A DNA stretch of 64,000 nt from Steroidobacteraceae bacterium. GTDB taxonomy: Bacteria; Pseudomonadota; Gammaproteobacteria; Steroidobacterales; Steroidobacteraceae. Within the stretch, counting starts at the first letter, position 1. Each line of letters opens with the position of its first letter. The DNA lies in NCBI GenBank assembly GCA_035934055.1, contig DASYYF010000022.1, forward strand, positions 4,877-68,876, written 5' to 3'. The notes beneath the pieces were generated by a model. The model saw nothing but the letters and a program-made list of their open reading frames with translations, did not search any database and was not told the DNA's origin. The position numbers and the translations under genes are program-made. Shown one piece after another: positions 54,901 through 63,047 of this stretch.

Positions 54901-56286
54901 CAGTCCACCCCCCTGACCGATCGGTCGGGCGCGGTTCTCGGCATGCTCTCGACGCACTACCGGACCGCGCATCGCTTCGAGGAAGCCGAGCTGCGCTGGC
55001 TGGACCTGCTCGCACGCGTCGCGGCAGTCGAGCTCGAGCGGCAACGCACCGCGGTCCTGCTGCAGCACTCGCGCGAGGAGCTCGAGCGGCAGGTCGGCGA
55101 GCGAACCGGGTGGCTGACGCTGCTGCACGAGATCTCCGTGCGCATCAGCGAGGCGCCGACCTGGGATGCGGCTTTGCAGCAGCTGCTCGATCACCTGTGC
55201 ACGGCGGAGGAGTGGCAGCTGGGTTATGTGTATCTGCCCGATCCGGAGGAGCCGGATTCGATCAAGCCCGCTATCAGCTTTCTTCGGGACGAGCGCCTGC
55301 GCCCATTTCACGAGATGTCCGCGCTGCAGCGCTACGGACGGGGGGAGCGTCTGCCGGGCCAGGTCTTCGCCAGCGGCAAGCCCCTGTGGGCGGCCGATCA
55401 GGAAGAGCTGTTGACACACTTGCCGGTGCGCGCATCCGTTGCCCGGCAGGCGGGCCTGCGCGCGGGGGTCGGCCTGCCGATCACCGTGGGGCAGGAGGTG
55501 ATCGCGGTCCTGGAGCTCTTTTCGGATCACGCGCATCCGCGCAATTGGCTCGCAAGTCTGATGCCCGCGATCAGCGATCAGATCGGCCGGATACTCGAGC
55601 GCGAGCGTGCCACGGCGCGGATGGCGGATGCGGTCCTGCATGAGCAGCAGGACCTGTTGCATACCCTGCACGATGCACTCGGACAGACGCTCACGGGGCT
55701 CGGCATGCTGAGTTCGGGACTGCGCCAGCGGCTGGCCGAGGCGGACGGGGATGCGGCCAAAATGGCGGCCGAGATCGCCCACCAGGCGCAGGAGGCGCTC
55801 GAACAGGTGCGGCAGCTGAGCCGCAGCCTGTTCCCGATCGAGATCGAGGCCGCCAGCCTGGCGGCGGCGCTGCGCGACCTCGCCCACGCCACGGAGTCGC
55901 TGCACAAGATCAGGGTGCGCGTCGAGGGAGAGCCTCCTCAGAGCCTCACTGACGGCGGCACTGCCACCCAGTTGTATCGAATCGCACAGGAAGCGGTGAC
56001 CAATGCCGTCAAGCACGCGCGCGCTCATGAGGTCATCTTGAAGATCGGCGGCCAGCCGGGCTTCACGCGGCTGCAGATCAGGGACGACGGTATCGGCATC
56101 GGGGACACGAGTCAGTCGGATGGCGTAGGACTGCAAATCATGCGCTATCGTGCCCACTCGATCGGTGGCATTCTGACGGTTGAGCGAGGGTCGCCAGGGG
56201 GCACCGTGGTGACATGTACGCTGCGCTCGCCGCCCGGGCGCACGAAGCCCGCGGGGGGTGAACAGCAGCGTCGCCAGACGCACTGA
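51928..56286 (+). CDS. Multidomain sensor: CheB-type methylesterase, CheR-type methyltransferase, coiled coil, PAS, 2x GAF, HisKA_3 and HATPase_c histidine kinase
   Basis: IVGIGASAGGLEALKKFF...VVVVHLDP (CheB-like). RHDFRGYKAGTLQRRIERRM...RIWVPGCSTGEEAYSIAI (CheR). EELQSSNEELTTSKEELQSMNEELTTLNSQL. GAF blocks. H-box HEQQDLLHTLHDALGQTLTG. QIRDDGIGIG. Confidence 0.9.
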   Translation: MSSVPKRRNSRAPAGGSKNDKLPPAASSDRQEPASAAPGRFIVGIGASAGGLEALKKFFGAMPPTTGLAFVVVVHLDPSQKSYMAELLAHATGLAVEQARDRQPLEVDHVYVIPPNRTLTIDQGMIHVQELADRRGLRGSIDHFFRSLAECERERAIGIVLSGTGSEGTLGARAVKAEGGLVIAQLPDTAMQPSMPSSVISAGAADAVLAPEKMPEALLAYVRKQAPLRAETSRLEGLPKILTLLRARTRHDFRGYKAGTLQRRIERRMGLQQIERLNDYADFLRSHPQEVDRLFKDLLIQVTSFFRDPPAFDELAGKVLAELVKGRDPDSPLRIWVPGCSTGEEAYSIAIVAVEVLALTQSPCRVQIFATDIDQEALEVARAGSYPESIALDVTPQRLQRFFVLEDHRYTVAKSIRESVVFAVQNVTSDPPFSNLDLLSCRNLLIYLEEEMQEKLLTLFHFALNRGGYLFLGSAEGVGAREALFEPVSKLRRIFRRAGPAVRPPPGLPLPSPAATDAERLGSSPRAAAEASVAAIADQRLLEHFTPAAVVVRSNGQIVRFYGALERFMKLPRGEATLDVLTLARDALKPTLRAALHEAVRRNRGTVLEALDSRRARRPALLHITVKPVDAPQGVERLWLIIFEELSPPPPAARTARSKAHRESALVQKLEAELRATKKEQQHLIEQLESGNEEMKAANEEVLSMNEELQSSNEELTTSKEELQSMNEELTTLNSQLQEKVLELTALNDDLANLLTSTDIATVFLDTELRIKRFTAAASLVLNLQPADAGRPLTHIATNLTDADLTSEARTVMDTLIPIERQLAARDGRQYILRALPYRTHEKQVLGVVLTLVDVTTLKRAERELREARAQVSEELRRMTRLHALGNQLARSGEAREMLEAILHAALDITAAEMGTIQQSDAAGVLAITAQVGFEPAFLEYFAHVDARFDSSCGHAMASEKRVLVEDVATSPVLATMRSRRSLLAAGAHAVQSTPLTDRSGAVLGMLSTHYRTAHRFEEAELRWLDLLARVAAVELERQRTAVLLQHSREELERQVGERTGWLTLLHEISVRISEAPTWDAALQQLLDHLCTAEEWQLGYVYLPDPEEPDSIKPAISFLRDERLRPFHEMSALQRYGRGERLPGQVFASGKPLWAADQEELLTHLPVRASVARQAGLRAGVGLPITVGQEVIAVLELFSDHAHPRNWLASLMPAISDQIGRILERERATARMADAVLHEQQDLLHTLHDALGQTLTGLGMLSSGLRQRLAEADGDAAKMAAEIAHQAQEALEQVRQLSRSLFPIEIEAASLAAALRDLAHATESLHKIRVRVEGEPPQSLTDGGTATQLYRIAQEAVTNAVKHARAHEVILKIGGQPGFTRLQIRDDGIGIGDTSQSDGVGLQIMRYRAHSIGGILTVERGSPGGTVVTCTLRSPPGRTKPAGGEQQRRQTH

Positions 56287-56298
56287 TCCCCGGATCGC

Positions 56299-56967
56299 AT
56301 GAACGCCGAGAGCAAGCGCCCGACACGGATCCTGGTGGTCGACGACCATCCGATCGTTCGTCTCGGCATCCGCCGGATGCTCGAAGGTCACCCCGACCTG
56401 GAAATCTGCGGTGAAGCAGACTCCGCCGAGGCGGCGCTGCAGATCGCGAGCCGCCTCAAACCCGATCTCGCGGTGGTCGACCTGTCCCTGGCGCAGGGCA
56501 CGGCGTTGAAGCTGATTCAGGCACTGCGGAAATCCGTAGCAAATCTTCGCGTGCTCGTTCTATCGATGCACGACGAGGCGCTGTTCGCGGAACGGGTGCT
56601 GGGGGCGGGAGCTCGCGGTTACATCATGAAGCAGGCAGCGATCGAGGGACTGGTGAACGCCATCCGCGAGGTCGCGTCCGGACGCATCTATGTCAGCGAG
56701 AACATGACGCAGCGTGCCCTGGCGAAGCTGAGCGGGAGCACGGGCCGGGAAGAAGGGTCGATCGACCCATTGGCTGCCCTGAGCAATCGGGAGCTCGAGG
56801 TCTTCAATCTGATCGGTCACGGCAAGAGCACCGTGGCGATCGCCGCGCAGCTCGAGGTGAGCGTCAAGACCATCGAGACATACCGCGCGAATATCAGGAG
56901 CAAACTGAACCTGCAAGACGCCAACGATCTGGTGCGCTTCGCCACGTCCTGGGCGGAAGGACTATGA
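56299..56967 (+). CDS. NarL/FixJ (LuxR-type HTH) response regulator
   Basis: ILVVDDHPIVRLGI...DLAVVDLSL...LVLSMH. C-terminal LSNRELEVFNLIGHGKSTVAIAAQLEVSVKTIETYRANIRSKL. Confidence 0.9.
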   Translation: MNAESKRPTRILVVDDHPIVRLGIRRMLEGHPDLEICGEADSAEAALQIASRLKPDLAVVDLSLAQGTALKLIQALRKSVANLRVLVLSMHDEALFAERVLGAGARGYIMKQAAIEGLVNAIREVASGRIYVSENMTQRALAKLSGSTGREEGSIDPLAALSNRELEVFNLIGHGKSTVAIAAQLEVSVKTIETYRANIRSKLNLQDANDLVRFATSWAEGL

Positions 56968-57018
56968 CGCCCAATCGGCCCGCGCGGCCAGTGCGCGCAG
57001 CGCTACCGGCGAGCAGCC

Positions 57019-58209
57019 GTGGAACTGAGCATCCGATCGGGTGAGCGCGGCGCACCGGGCCGCGGGCCCGTCGAGGTCGTCGAGCGCAAGGGAGCCGGAC
57101 ATCCCGACTCGATCTGCGACGGCATCGCCGAGCACGTGTGCGTGCGGCTGTGCCGCCAATACCTCGAGCGCTTCGGGGTCATTCTTCATCACAACGTCGA
57201 CAAGGTGCTGCTGTGCGCGGGCGCCTCCCGGCCCGCCTTTGGGGGCGGCGAGATGCTCGCGCCCATCGAGATCTATCTGGCCGGCCGTGCCACTGCGGAG
57301 TACTCCGGCGCTCGAGTTCCGGTGCACGAGACCGCCGTCGACGCGTGCCGCGAATGGCTGAGCGCGCGCTTTCGCTGCCTCGATGTCGCGAGGGACGTTC
57401 GTATCGTCTCGCGCCTGCGTCCGGGCTCCGCCGAGCTCAACCGGCTGTTCGTTCGCGGCCGCGCCAGTCCGCTCGCCAACGATACCTCGTGCGGCGCCGG
57501 CTTCGCGCCGTTGACGGACCTCGAAAGGGCCGTGCTTGCGGTCGAGCGCACGCTGAACGATCGGGAGACGAAGAATGCGCACCCGCAGCTCGGCGAGGAC
57601 ATCAAGGTCATGGGGGTCAGGCGTTCGGGCGCCATCGAGCTCACGATAGGCTGCGCATTCATCGGCCGCTTCGTCAGCAGTCTCGAGGACTACATCCGCA
57701 AGAAGCAGGCAGCCGAGAATCTCGCGGTCGCGGCTGCCGCCAAGGCGACGGCGTTGCCGGTGCAGGCAAGAATCAACGTCGCCGACGATCTCGCGAGCGG
57801 TGATGTCTATCTGACCGTCAGCGGAACGTCCGCCGAGGCCGGCGACGACGGCGAGGCCGGCCGGGGCAATCGCGTCTCCGGGCTCATTACCCCCTACCGG
57901 GCCATGACCCTCGAAGCCGCGGCCGGCAAGAACCCTGTGAGCCACGTCGGCAAGCTCTATAACCTCATGGCGATGCGGATCGCCGCCGCCATCGCCGCCG
58001 GCGTGCCGGACGTTGAGGACGCCTCCTGCATCATCGTCAGCCAGATCGGCCGGCGGGTAGACGACCCGCAGGTGGTGGATGTCGGTCTGATCGGCCGGGG
58101 CGGGCGAGGCCGACTCGAGCGGCGCGTGACGGACATCGTGAACGCAGCATTACAACAGTTGCTCTCGCTGCGCGAGGAGCTGCTGGCGGAGCGGCTGCCT
58201 CTCTACTGA
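57019..58209 (+). CDS. Archaeal-type methionine adenosyltransferase (S-adenosylmethionine synthase, PF01941-like)
   Basis: VEVVERKGAGHPDSICDGIAEHVCVRLCRQYLERFGVILHHNVDKVLL...GGGEMLAPIEIYLAGRAT...GTSAEAGDDGEAGRGNRVSGLITPYRAMTLEAAAGKNPVSHVGKLYN. It shows none of the bacterial MetK blocks. GTG start. Confidence 0.85.
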   Translation: MELSIRSGERGAPGRGPVEVVERKGAGHPDSICDGIAEHVCVRLCRQYLERFGVILHHNVDKVLLCAGASRPAFGGGEMLAPIEIYLAGRATAEYSGARVPVHETAVDACREWLSARFRCLDVARDVRIVSRLRPGSAELNRLFVRGRASPLANDTSCGAGFAPLTDLERAVLAVERTLNDRETKNAHPQLGEDIKVMGVRRSGAIELTIGCAFIGRFVSSLEDYIRKKQAAENLAVAAAAKATALPVQARINVADDLASGDVYLTVSGTSAEAGDDGEAGRGNRVSGLITPYRAMTLEAAAGKNPVSHVGKLYNLMAMRIAAAIAAGVPDVEDASCIIVSQIGRRVDDPQVVDVGLIGRGGRGRLERRVTDIVNAALQQLLSLREELLAERLPLY

Positions 58210-58397
58210 GCCGCGGCCTTGGCGGATTGTGCCGATCCGCCGGCGCCCCTCGCGAGCCCGGTCTGCCGGCCGGGTTGCGGGATTTCCCTTAAGACCCGTT
58301 CAGGGGAACCCTGATTGATCCCTTGAGCCGGGAGGCCGACCCTACTCTTCGAGGACTCGCCTGTCGGGGCAAGGCTGCCTTAGCGGGTCACGATCCG

Positions 58398-59978
58398 ATG
58401 TCATCTGCGCATCGGATACTACAAGGGCCATTTCTTTCGGGTCCGCGCGAATCGGGAACCACAGGGTCTGCGAGCGTGCTTCAGCCGGATCTCATCCAGG
58501 ACGCCCTCGAGTCCGCTCCCGATGCCATCGTCATCAGCGACGCCGGCGGCACCATCGTGTTTGCCAACCGCCAGGTGGCGGCGCTCTTCGGTTATGAGCC
58601 GCGGGAGATCGTGGGCGGCAGCATCGAGCAGCTCCTGCCGGAGCGGTTCCGCGCCGCGCACGTGGCTCACCGTCGCAGCTTCGCAACGAACCCGGGCTTC
58701 CGGCCGATGGGCACGGGTCTCGAGCTCTACGGGCGACGCAAGGACGGCAGCGAGTTCGGGGTAGAGATCAGCCTCAGCCCGATCGCCGGGGCGCGGCTCA
58801 CGACCGCGGCCATTCGTGACGTCACCGAGCGCAAGCGCATCGAGACCGAGCTGGTCCGCGCCCGCGAGGTGGCGAACCGTGCGAACCTGGCCAAGAGCCG
58901 CTTCCTCGCGACCGCGAGTCACGACCTGCGCCAGCCGCTCCAGACGCTGGCGCTCCTCAACGGCGCCCTGCGCCGTGTAGTCGCTCACCAGGGCGCGCTG
59001 ACCATGATCGGACAGCAGGAGCAGGCGATCAACGCGATGTCGCGACTGCTCGGCGCACTGCTGGACATCAGCAAGCTCGAATCCGGCGCCATCAGGCCCG
59101 ATATCACCGACTTCACCGTGGACGCGCTCTTCGATGAGATGCGCCGCGAGTTCGCCAATGTCGCCGCGAGCAAAGGGCTGGCGCTCAACGTGCGGACAGA
59201 GCCGCTGACGGTGCACAGCGACCGTTCGCTGATCGAGCAGGTCCTGAGAAACCTCGTCTCCAACGCGATCAAGTACACCCGCGAAGGCTGGGTGTCGTTG
59301 CGCAGCCTCAGGCAGGGTGCGCTGGTCCGGGTGGAAGTGCTGGACACGGGGATCGGCATTCCGGCAGACCAGCTTCCCCACATCTATGACGAGTTCTTCC
59401 AGGTTGGGGTGGCGCCCAACACTTCACGCGATGGCTACGGCCTGGGGCTGAGCATCGTGCAGCGCATCGTCAGGCTCCTCGACCTCGAGCTCGAGGTGCG
59501 TTCGGAACCCGGCAAGGGATCGGCGTTCACCCTGACCCTTCCGGTCAGCTCGAACCGGGCAGCGAGCACGCCGGGGCTGCCGCTGCGGCGAGAAAACGGC
59601 CGCGCACCGCACAGGCAGCCCCATGTCCTGCTCGTAGAGGACGATGGCGCCGTGCGCGATGCGACGGGACTGCTGCTGCGGACGGAGAGCTATGACGTGA
59701 CGGCAGTCGCGTCGCGCGCCGAGGCACTCGCCGCCGCCGATACCGACTCCTTCGATGTCGTCATCACGGACTACCATCTGGGAGAGGGTGAGACCGGCAT
59801 GCAGGTCATCGAGGGACTGCGCGCGCGGCTCGGCGAATCGCTGAAGGCTGTGCTCGTGACCGGCGATACCTCCTCCGCGATGCGCGAGTTGCCAAGCCAC
59901 CCGCTGACGCGCCTCGCCAGCAAGCCGATGCAGGCGGACGAGCTGCTCGAGCTCCTGCGGGAGCTGGCAGCGCTCTGA
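58398..59978 (+). CDS. PAS-domain hybrid histidine kinase, paralogue of 50166..51746
   Basis: Same architecture and near-identical blocks ([60 protein letters not shown]). The track ORF starts at TTG 58323. Confidence 0.9.
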   Translation: MSSAHRILQGPFLSGPRESGTTGSASVLQPDLIQDALESAPDAIVISDAGGTIVFANRQVAALFGYEPREIVGGSIEQLLPERFRAAHVAHRRSFATNPGFRPMGTGLELYGRRKDGSEFGVEISLSPIAGARLTTAAIRDVTERKRIETELVRAREVANRANLAKSRFLATASHDLRQPLQTLALLNGALRRVVAHQGALTMIGQQEQAINAMSRLLGALLDISKLESGAIRPDITDFTVDALFDEMRREFANVAASKGLALNVRTEPLTVHSDRSLIEQVLRNLVSNAIKYTREGWVSLRSLRQGALVRVEVLDTGIGIPADQLPHIYDEFFQVGVAPNTSRDGYGLGLSIVQRIVRLLDLELEVRSEPGKGSAFTLTLPVSSNRAASTPGLPLRRENGRAPHRQPHVLLVEDDGAVRDATGLLLRTESYDVTAVASRAEALAAADTDSFDVVITDYHLGEGETGMQVIEGLRARLGESLKAVLVTGDTSSAMRELPSHPLTRLASKPMQADELLELLRELAAL

Positions 59979-60025
59979 TGCAGCGTTCGGACAGACGGCG
60001 CGGAGTTGCCGCCGTTCGTGACGCG

Positions 60026-60487
60026 TCACTCCCGCTGGATCGACTGCAGGTACTGCACCAACAGATCGATCAACCGGTCGGTCTGCGCGCCGCTCTGCGA
60101 ATCGTTGCCCGCGGCGGCGCGGAAGGCGCGCCCCCAGACCGGCATGTCGCGCGTCCCGTGAGGCGGCAGCGCCGCGCGCCCGTCGATGATCCCGCGAATC
60201 CTGTCCGCCGGGAACCGCCCGCCGTGACGGCGCGCTATCTGCGTGAGGTCGGGTACGTCGACCCTCAGGCTGGAGGCCACCGGTCCGTTTCCCAGACCTT
60301 CGGCGCCATGACAACTCGCACAGTAGACCCTGAAAAGCTCAGGCCCCTTGTAACTCGAAAGGTCCTCGGCCTCCGCCGTGACGCACGCCGCGCAAGCCAC
60401 CAGCAGGGCGGCGAGGAGACCGGGCAGCCGCCTCCTGAGAGCCGAGACTCCCGGCGGCAACGCAGCGGCGACGTCGATTCTCCACAT
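60026..60487 (-). CDS. Monohaem c-type cytochrome
   Basis: CASCH haem motif, distal RDMPVWG, and signal/TM LPGLLAALLVACAAC. ATG 60487. Confidence 0.75.
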   Translation of the reverse strand: MWRIDVAAALPPGVSALRRRLPGLLAALLVACAACVTAEAEDLSSYKGPELFRVYCASCHGAEGLGNGPVASSLRVDVPDLTQIARRHGGRFPADRIRGIIDGRAALPPHGTRDMPVWGRAFRAAAGNDSQSGAQTDRLIDLLVQYLQSIQRE

Positions 60488-60546
60488 GCATCCATTATAG
60501 GGTGGGAAGGCCGACGCGGAGCGCTCGTTACGGCGCGAGCAGCCCT

Positions 60547-61500
60547 TTACGCGCCGCGTGTCGCCCGCTCGAGCCGCGCAGCGATCTCCCGGAGCTCGGC
60601 GACCCACTCCGGCGCCTCGAGAATCTCGAAATCGGCACCGGTGAGAACGACCTGAGCCGCCAGCGCTTCGATCGAATCGGCACCGGTGCTGAGGGTGCAA
60701 CTCTCCCCGTCCAGAGCTTCCAACACCCCGCACCAGCTCGGGATGCGCCTGGCCAGCTCGGCCACCGAGCCTTGCAAGCGGATGCGCATGCGATAGCGGT
60801 ACGGTACCTGGGCGATCGAGCGAGACACATACGCCGCGATATCTCCGGGAAACTCGCGCGGCATGAATTGCGATCCGGACGCGGCGAGCCGTTGGACGCG
60901 ATCCATGCGAAACGTGCGCCAGTCCTCCCGCTGCGAGTCCCAGGCGACCAGATACCAGAGCCGCCCGGTGTGCACCAGGCGCAGCGGCTCGATCAGCCGC
61001 GACGTGACGTTGCCGCCGCGATCGCGATAGCCGATGCGCAGTTTCAAGCGGTCACGACAGGCGCGGGCGATCTGCGTGAGGACATCGATGGAGGGGGCGG
61101 CCTCCAGGCGCGCGAGCGAGATGGTGACGGAGTGCAGCGCGCTCGCGCGCTTGCGCAGCCTCAGGGGGAGCAGCTGATCGAGCTTCGCGAGCAGCCTGAC
61201 CGCAGTCTCCTCCATCCTGCCGATACTGCTGGCGGCAGCGCGTACTGCGACCGCAACCGCCACCGCCTCTTCATCGTCGAGGAGCACCGGGGGGAGCGAG
61301 GAGCCCGCCTTGAGCTGGTAGCCGCCGCCGAGCCCCGGCGAGGCCTCGACGGCATAGCCCAGCTCGCGCAGGCGATCGATGTCGCGACGGACCGTGCGCC
61401 CATCGACTTCGACGCGCTCGCTGAGCTCGGCGCCCGACCAGTAGCGGCGCGACTGAAGGAGCCACAGAAGGCGCAGCAGCCGGGCGGAGGTCTTGAGCAT
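60547..61500 (-). CDS. YafY-type transcriptional regulator (HTH_11 + WYL domain)
   Basis: RLLRLLWLLQSRRYWSGAELSERVEVDGRTVRRDIDRLRELGYAVEASPGLGGGYQL. Central WYL-like block GRLWYLVAWD. Confidence 0.85.
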   Translation of the reverse strand: MLKTSARLLRLLWLLQSRRYWSGAELSERVEVDGRTVRRDIDRLRELGYAVEASPGLGGGYQLKAGSSLPPVLLDDEEAVAVAVAVRAAASSIGRMEETAVRLLAKLDQLLPLRLRKRASALHSVTISLARLEAAPSIDVLTQIARACRDRLKLRIGYRDRGGNVTSRLIEPLRLVHTGRLWYLVAWDSQREDWRTFRMDRVQRLAASGSQFMPREFPGDIAAYVSRSIAQVPYRYRMRIRLQGSVAELARRIPSWCGVLEALDGESCTLSTGADSIEALAAQVVLTGADFEILEAPEWVAELREIAARLERATRGA

Positions 61501-61591
61501 GGCCGGGGGCAGTATTGGGCTGATCGCGGACAGATCCTGTCCTCAATGCATTCTACGATCACCGGGTCGACCAGCGCAGGGGAATCGGGTC

Positions 61592-62140
61592 ATGAACCTC
61601 TCGAGTGCCATCGAGCCCACCCTGAGCCCGAGACTGCGGGCGGCGAGCGTGCGCGTCTCGCGCCAGGTCAGAGCAGCGCCCGAGCGCATCTTCGATGTCC
61701 TGCTCGATGCCGACGCGGTGCGAAGCTTTCTTTTCACGGGCCGGCTCGGCGAGGCCGTCAGCGTGCAATTCGACGCGCGGGTCGGCGGCGGATTCAGGAT
61801 CGTGCTTCACAGGGACGGCGAGGATGTCGAGTACTCGGGCGCATACCTCGAGCTCGACCGGCCGCACCGGCTCGTCTTCAGTCTGTTCGTCGCAAGATAC
61901 GGGCAGCAGGATGACCGGGTGATCGTCGAGCTCGCACCGGTCGCGGAGCAGTCGCTCCTCGTCCTGACCCACGAGCTCAGCCTGCCGGATCCGGCAGAAA
62001 GGTCTCGCGTCCAGGACGAGTGGGCGACGGTCCTCGACGGACTCGACGCGCTGTGCACCGAAGGCGGCGTCGCCCATGCGCCGGCAGAGACCCGGGCGCG
62101 GCGGCACCGAAGCCGCCAGACGGGATTGCCGATCGGCTGA
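61592..62140 (+). CDS. SRPBCC superfamily protein (AHSA1/START-like)
   Basis: RVSRQVRAAPERIFDVLLDADAVRSFLF...GGGFRIVLHRDGEDVEYSGAYLELDRPHRLVFS. Divergent from the WYL regulator. Confidence 0.7.
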   Translation: MNLSSAIEPTLSPRLRAASVRVSRQVRAAPERIFDVLLDADAVRSFLFTGRLGEAVSVQFDARVGGGFRIVLHRDGEDVEYSGAYLELDRPHRLVFSLFVARYGQQDDRVIVELAPVAEQSLLVLTHELSLPDPAERSRVQDEWATVLDGLDALCTEGGVAHAPAETRARRHRSRQTGLPIG

Positions 62141-62210
62141 CGGCCATTGCCGGCGGCTCTCGGAGCGGCATATCGTAGGCTCGAGCCAGAGTCGGTCCGT
62201 CGAGCTGCAC

Positions 62211-63032
62211 ATGAAACTCACATCGGCCGCCCTCACCCGCCGTGACTTCCTGACGGTCTCCGTGATGAGCTTGTCCGGAGTGGCGCTCGCGCCGACGCAC
62301 GCGGCCGCGGCAGCCGCCGCCGCGCCTTCCGCCGGACCGCCGGACCCCCGGCTGATCGAAGATCTCGTCGCCGCGAACCGCATCCTCGCCGACCAGGGCA
62401 TCGTCGATGGCTACGGGCACGTCAGCGCGCGCCACGATCGCAATCCCGGCCGCTATCTCCTCTCGCGCGACCTGGCACCGGCACTGGTGACCGCCGACGA
62501 CATTCTCGAGTACGACCTCGACAGCAATCCGGTCGATGCCGGGGGCCGCTCGCAGTATCGCGAACGCTTCATCCACGGCGAGATCTATAAGGCACGACCG
62601 GACGTAAAGGCGATCGTGCACAACCATTCGACGGCCCTCATCCCCTTCAGCCTCAGCGGGGTGCCGCTGCGGCCCGTTTTTCACATGGCGGCGTTCGTCG
62701 TCGAGGGAGTGCCGGTATTCGACGCGGCGCGCGATCTCGGAATTCATCGGCTGCTCATCGAGACCCCGCAGCTCGGCCAGGCGCTCGCGCGGACGCTGGG
62801 AGACAAGCCCGCGGTGCTCATTCGAGGCCACGGGGTGGCCGTGGTGGGAAACTCGCTGCCGATGGCCGTCGGCCGCAGCGTGTATCTCGAAGAGAGCGCC
62901 AGGATCCAGTCGGACGCCATCGCCCTCGGTGGCGAAGTCACCTATCTCGACCCCGAGGCAGCGCGCTCCTGGGCGGACAACCCGTATCCGCGCGCCTGGG
63001 AGCTCTGGAAACGAAGGGCCGGGGCCAGGTAA
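62211..63032 (+). CDS. Class II aldolase/adducin-domain protein with twin-arginine leader
   Basis: MKLTSAALTRRDFLTVSVMSLSGVALAPTHA (Tat-like). DGYGHVSARHD...ERFIHGEIYKARPDVKAIVHNHS...IRGHGVAVVG. Confidence 0.8.
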   Translation: MKLTSAALTRRDFLTVSVMSLSGVALAPTHAAAAAAAAPSAGPPDPRLIEDLVAANRILADQGIVDGYGHVSARHDRNPGRYLLSRDLAPALVTADDILEYDLDSNPVDAGGRSQYRERFIHGEIYKARPDVKAIVHNHSTALIPFSLSGVPLRPVFHMAAFVVEGVPVFDAARDLGIHRLLIETPQLGQALARTLGDKPAVLIRGHGVAVVGNSLPMAVGRSVYLEESARIQSDAIALGGEVTYLDPEAARSWADNPYPRAWELWKRRAGAR

Positions 63033-63047
63033 ACGGCCCGGACCGTC

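Noticed and set aside
51931-56391. 1486-aa minus-strand ORF antisense to the CheB-CheR-PAS-GAF kinase.
   Set aside because: It has no recognisable motifs and a biased R/A/G/L composition, while the plus-strand frame has continuous domain homology. I reached the same verdict for the other long antisense or out-of-frame track ORFs: 1487..2575, 5669..7249, 9175..11274, 9837..11597, 17209..19395, 19283..20959, 24211..25695, 26878..29688, 40507..42561, 43124..44938, 43756..45387, 47580..49835 (except its last 136 codons) and 61977..63131.
58279-58313. Short palindromes GGGATTTCCC and CAGGG-gaa-CCCTG upstream of the second hybrid kinase, as a possible operator.
   Set aside because: They are 10-13 bp long, GC-rich and not repeated elsewhere in the window's promoters that I could find. 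They cannot be distinguished from chance in 70% GC DNA.
60547-62140. The WYL-domain regulator as a possible marker of a phage-defence locus.
   Set aside because: Its only divergent partner is an SRPBCC protein, and the other neighbour is a cytochrome c. No nuclease, helicase, CBASS, CRISPR or BREX components are adjacent. This is the common YafY-type metabolic or stress arrangement.
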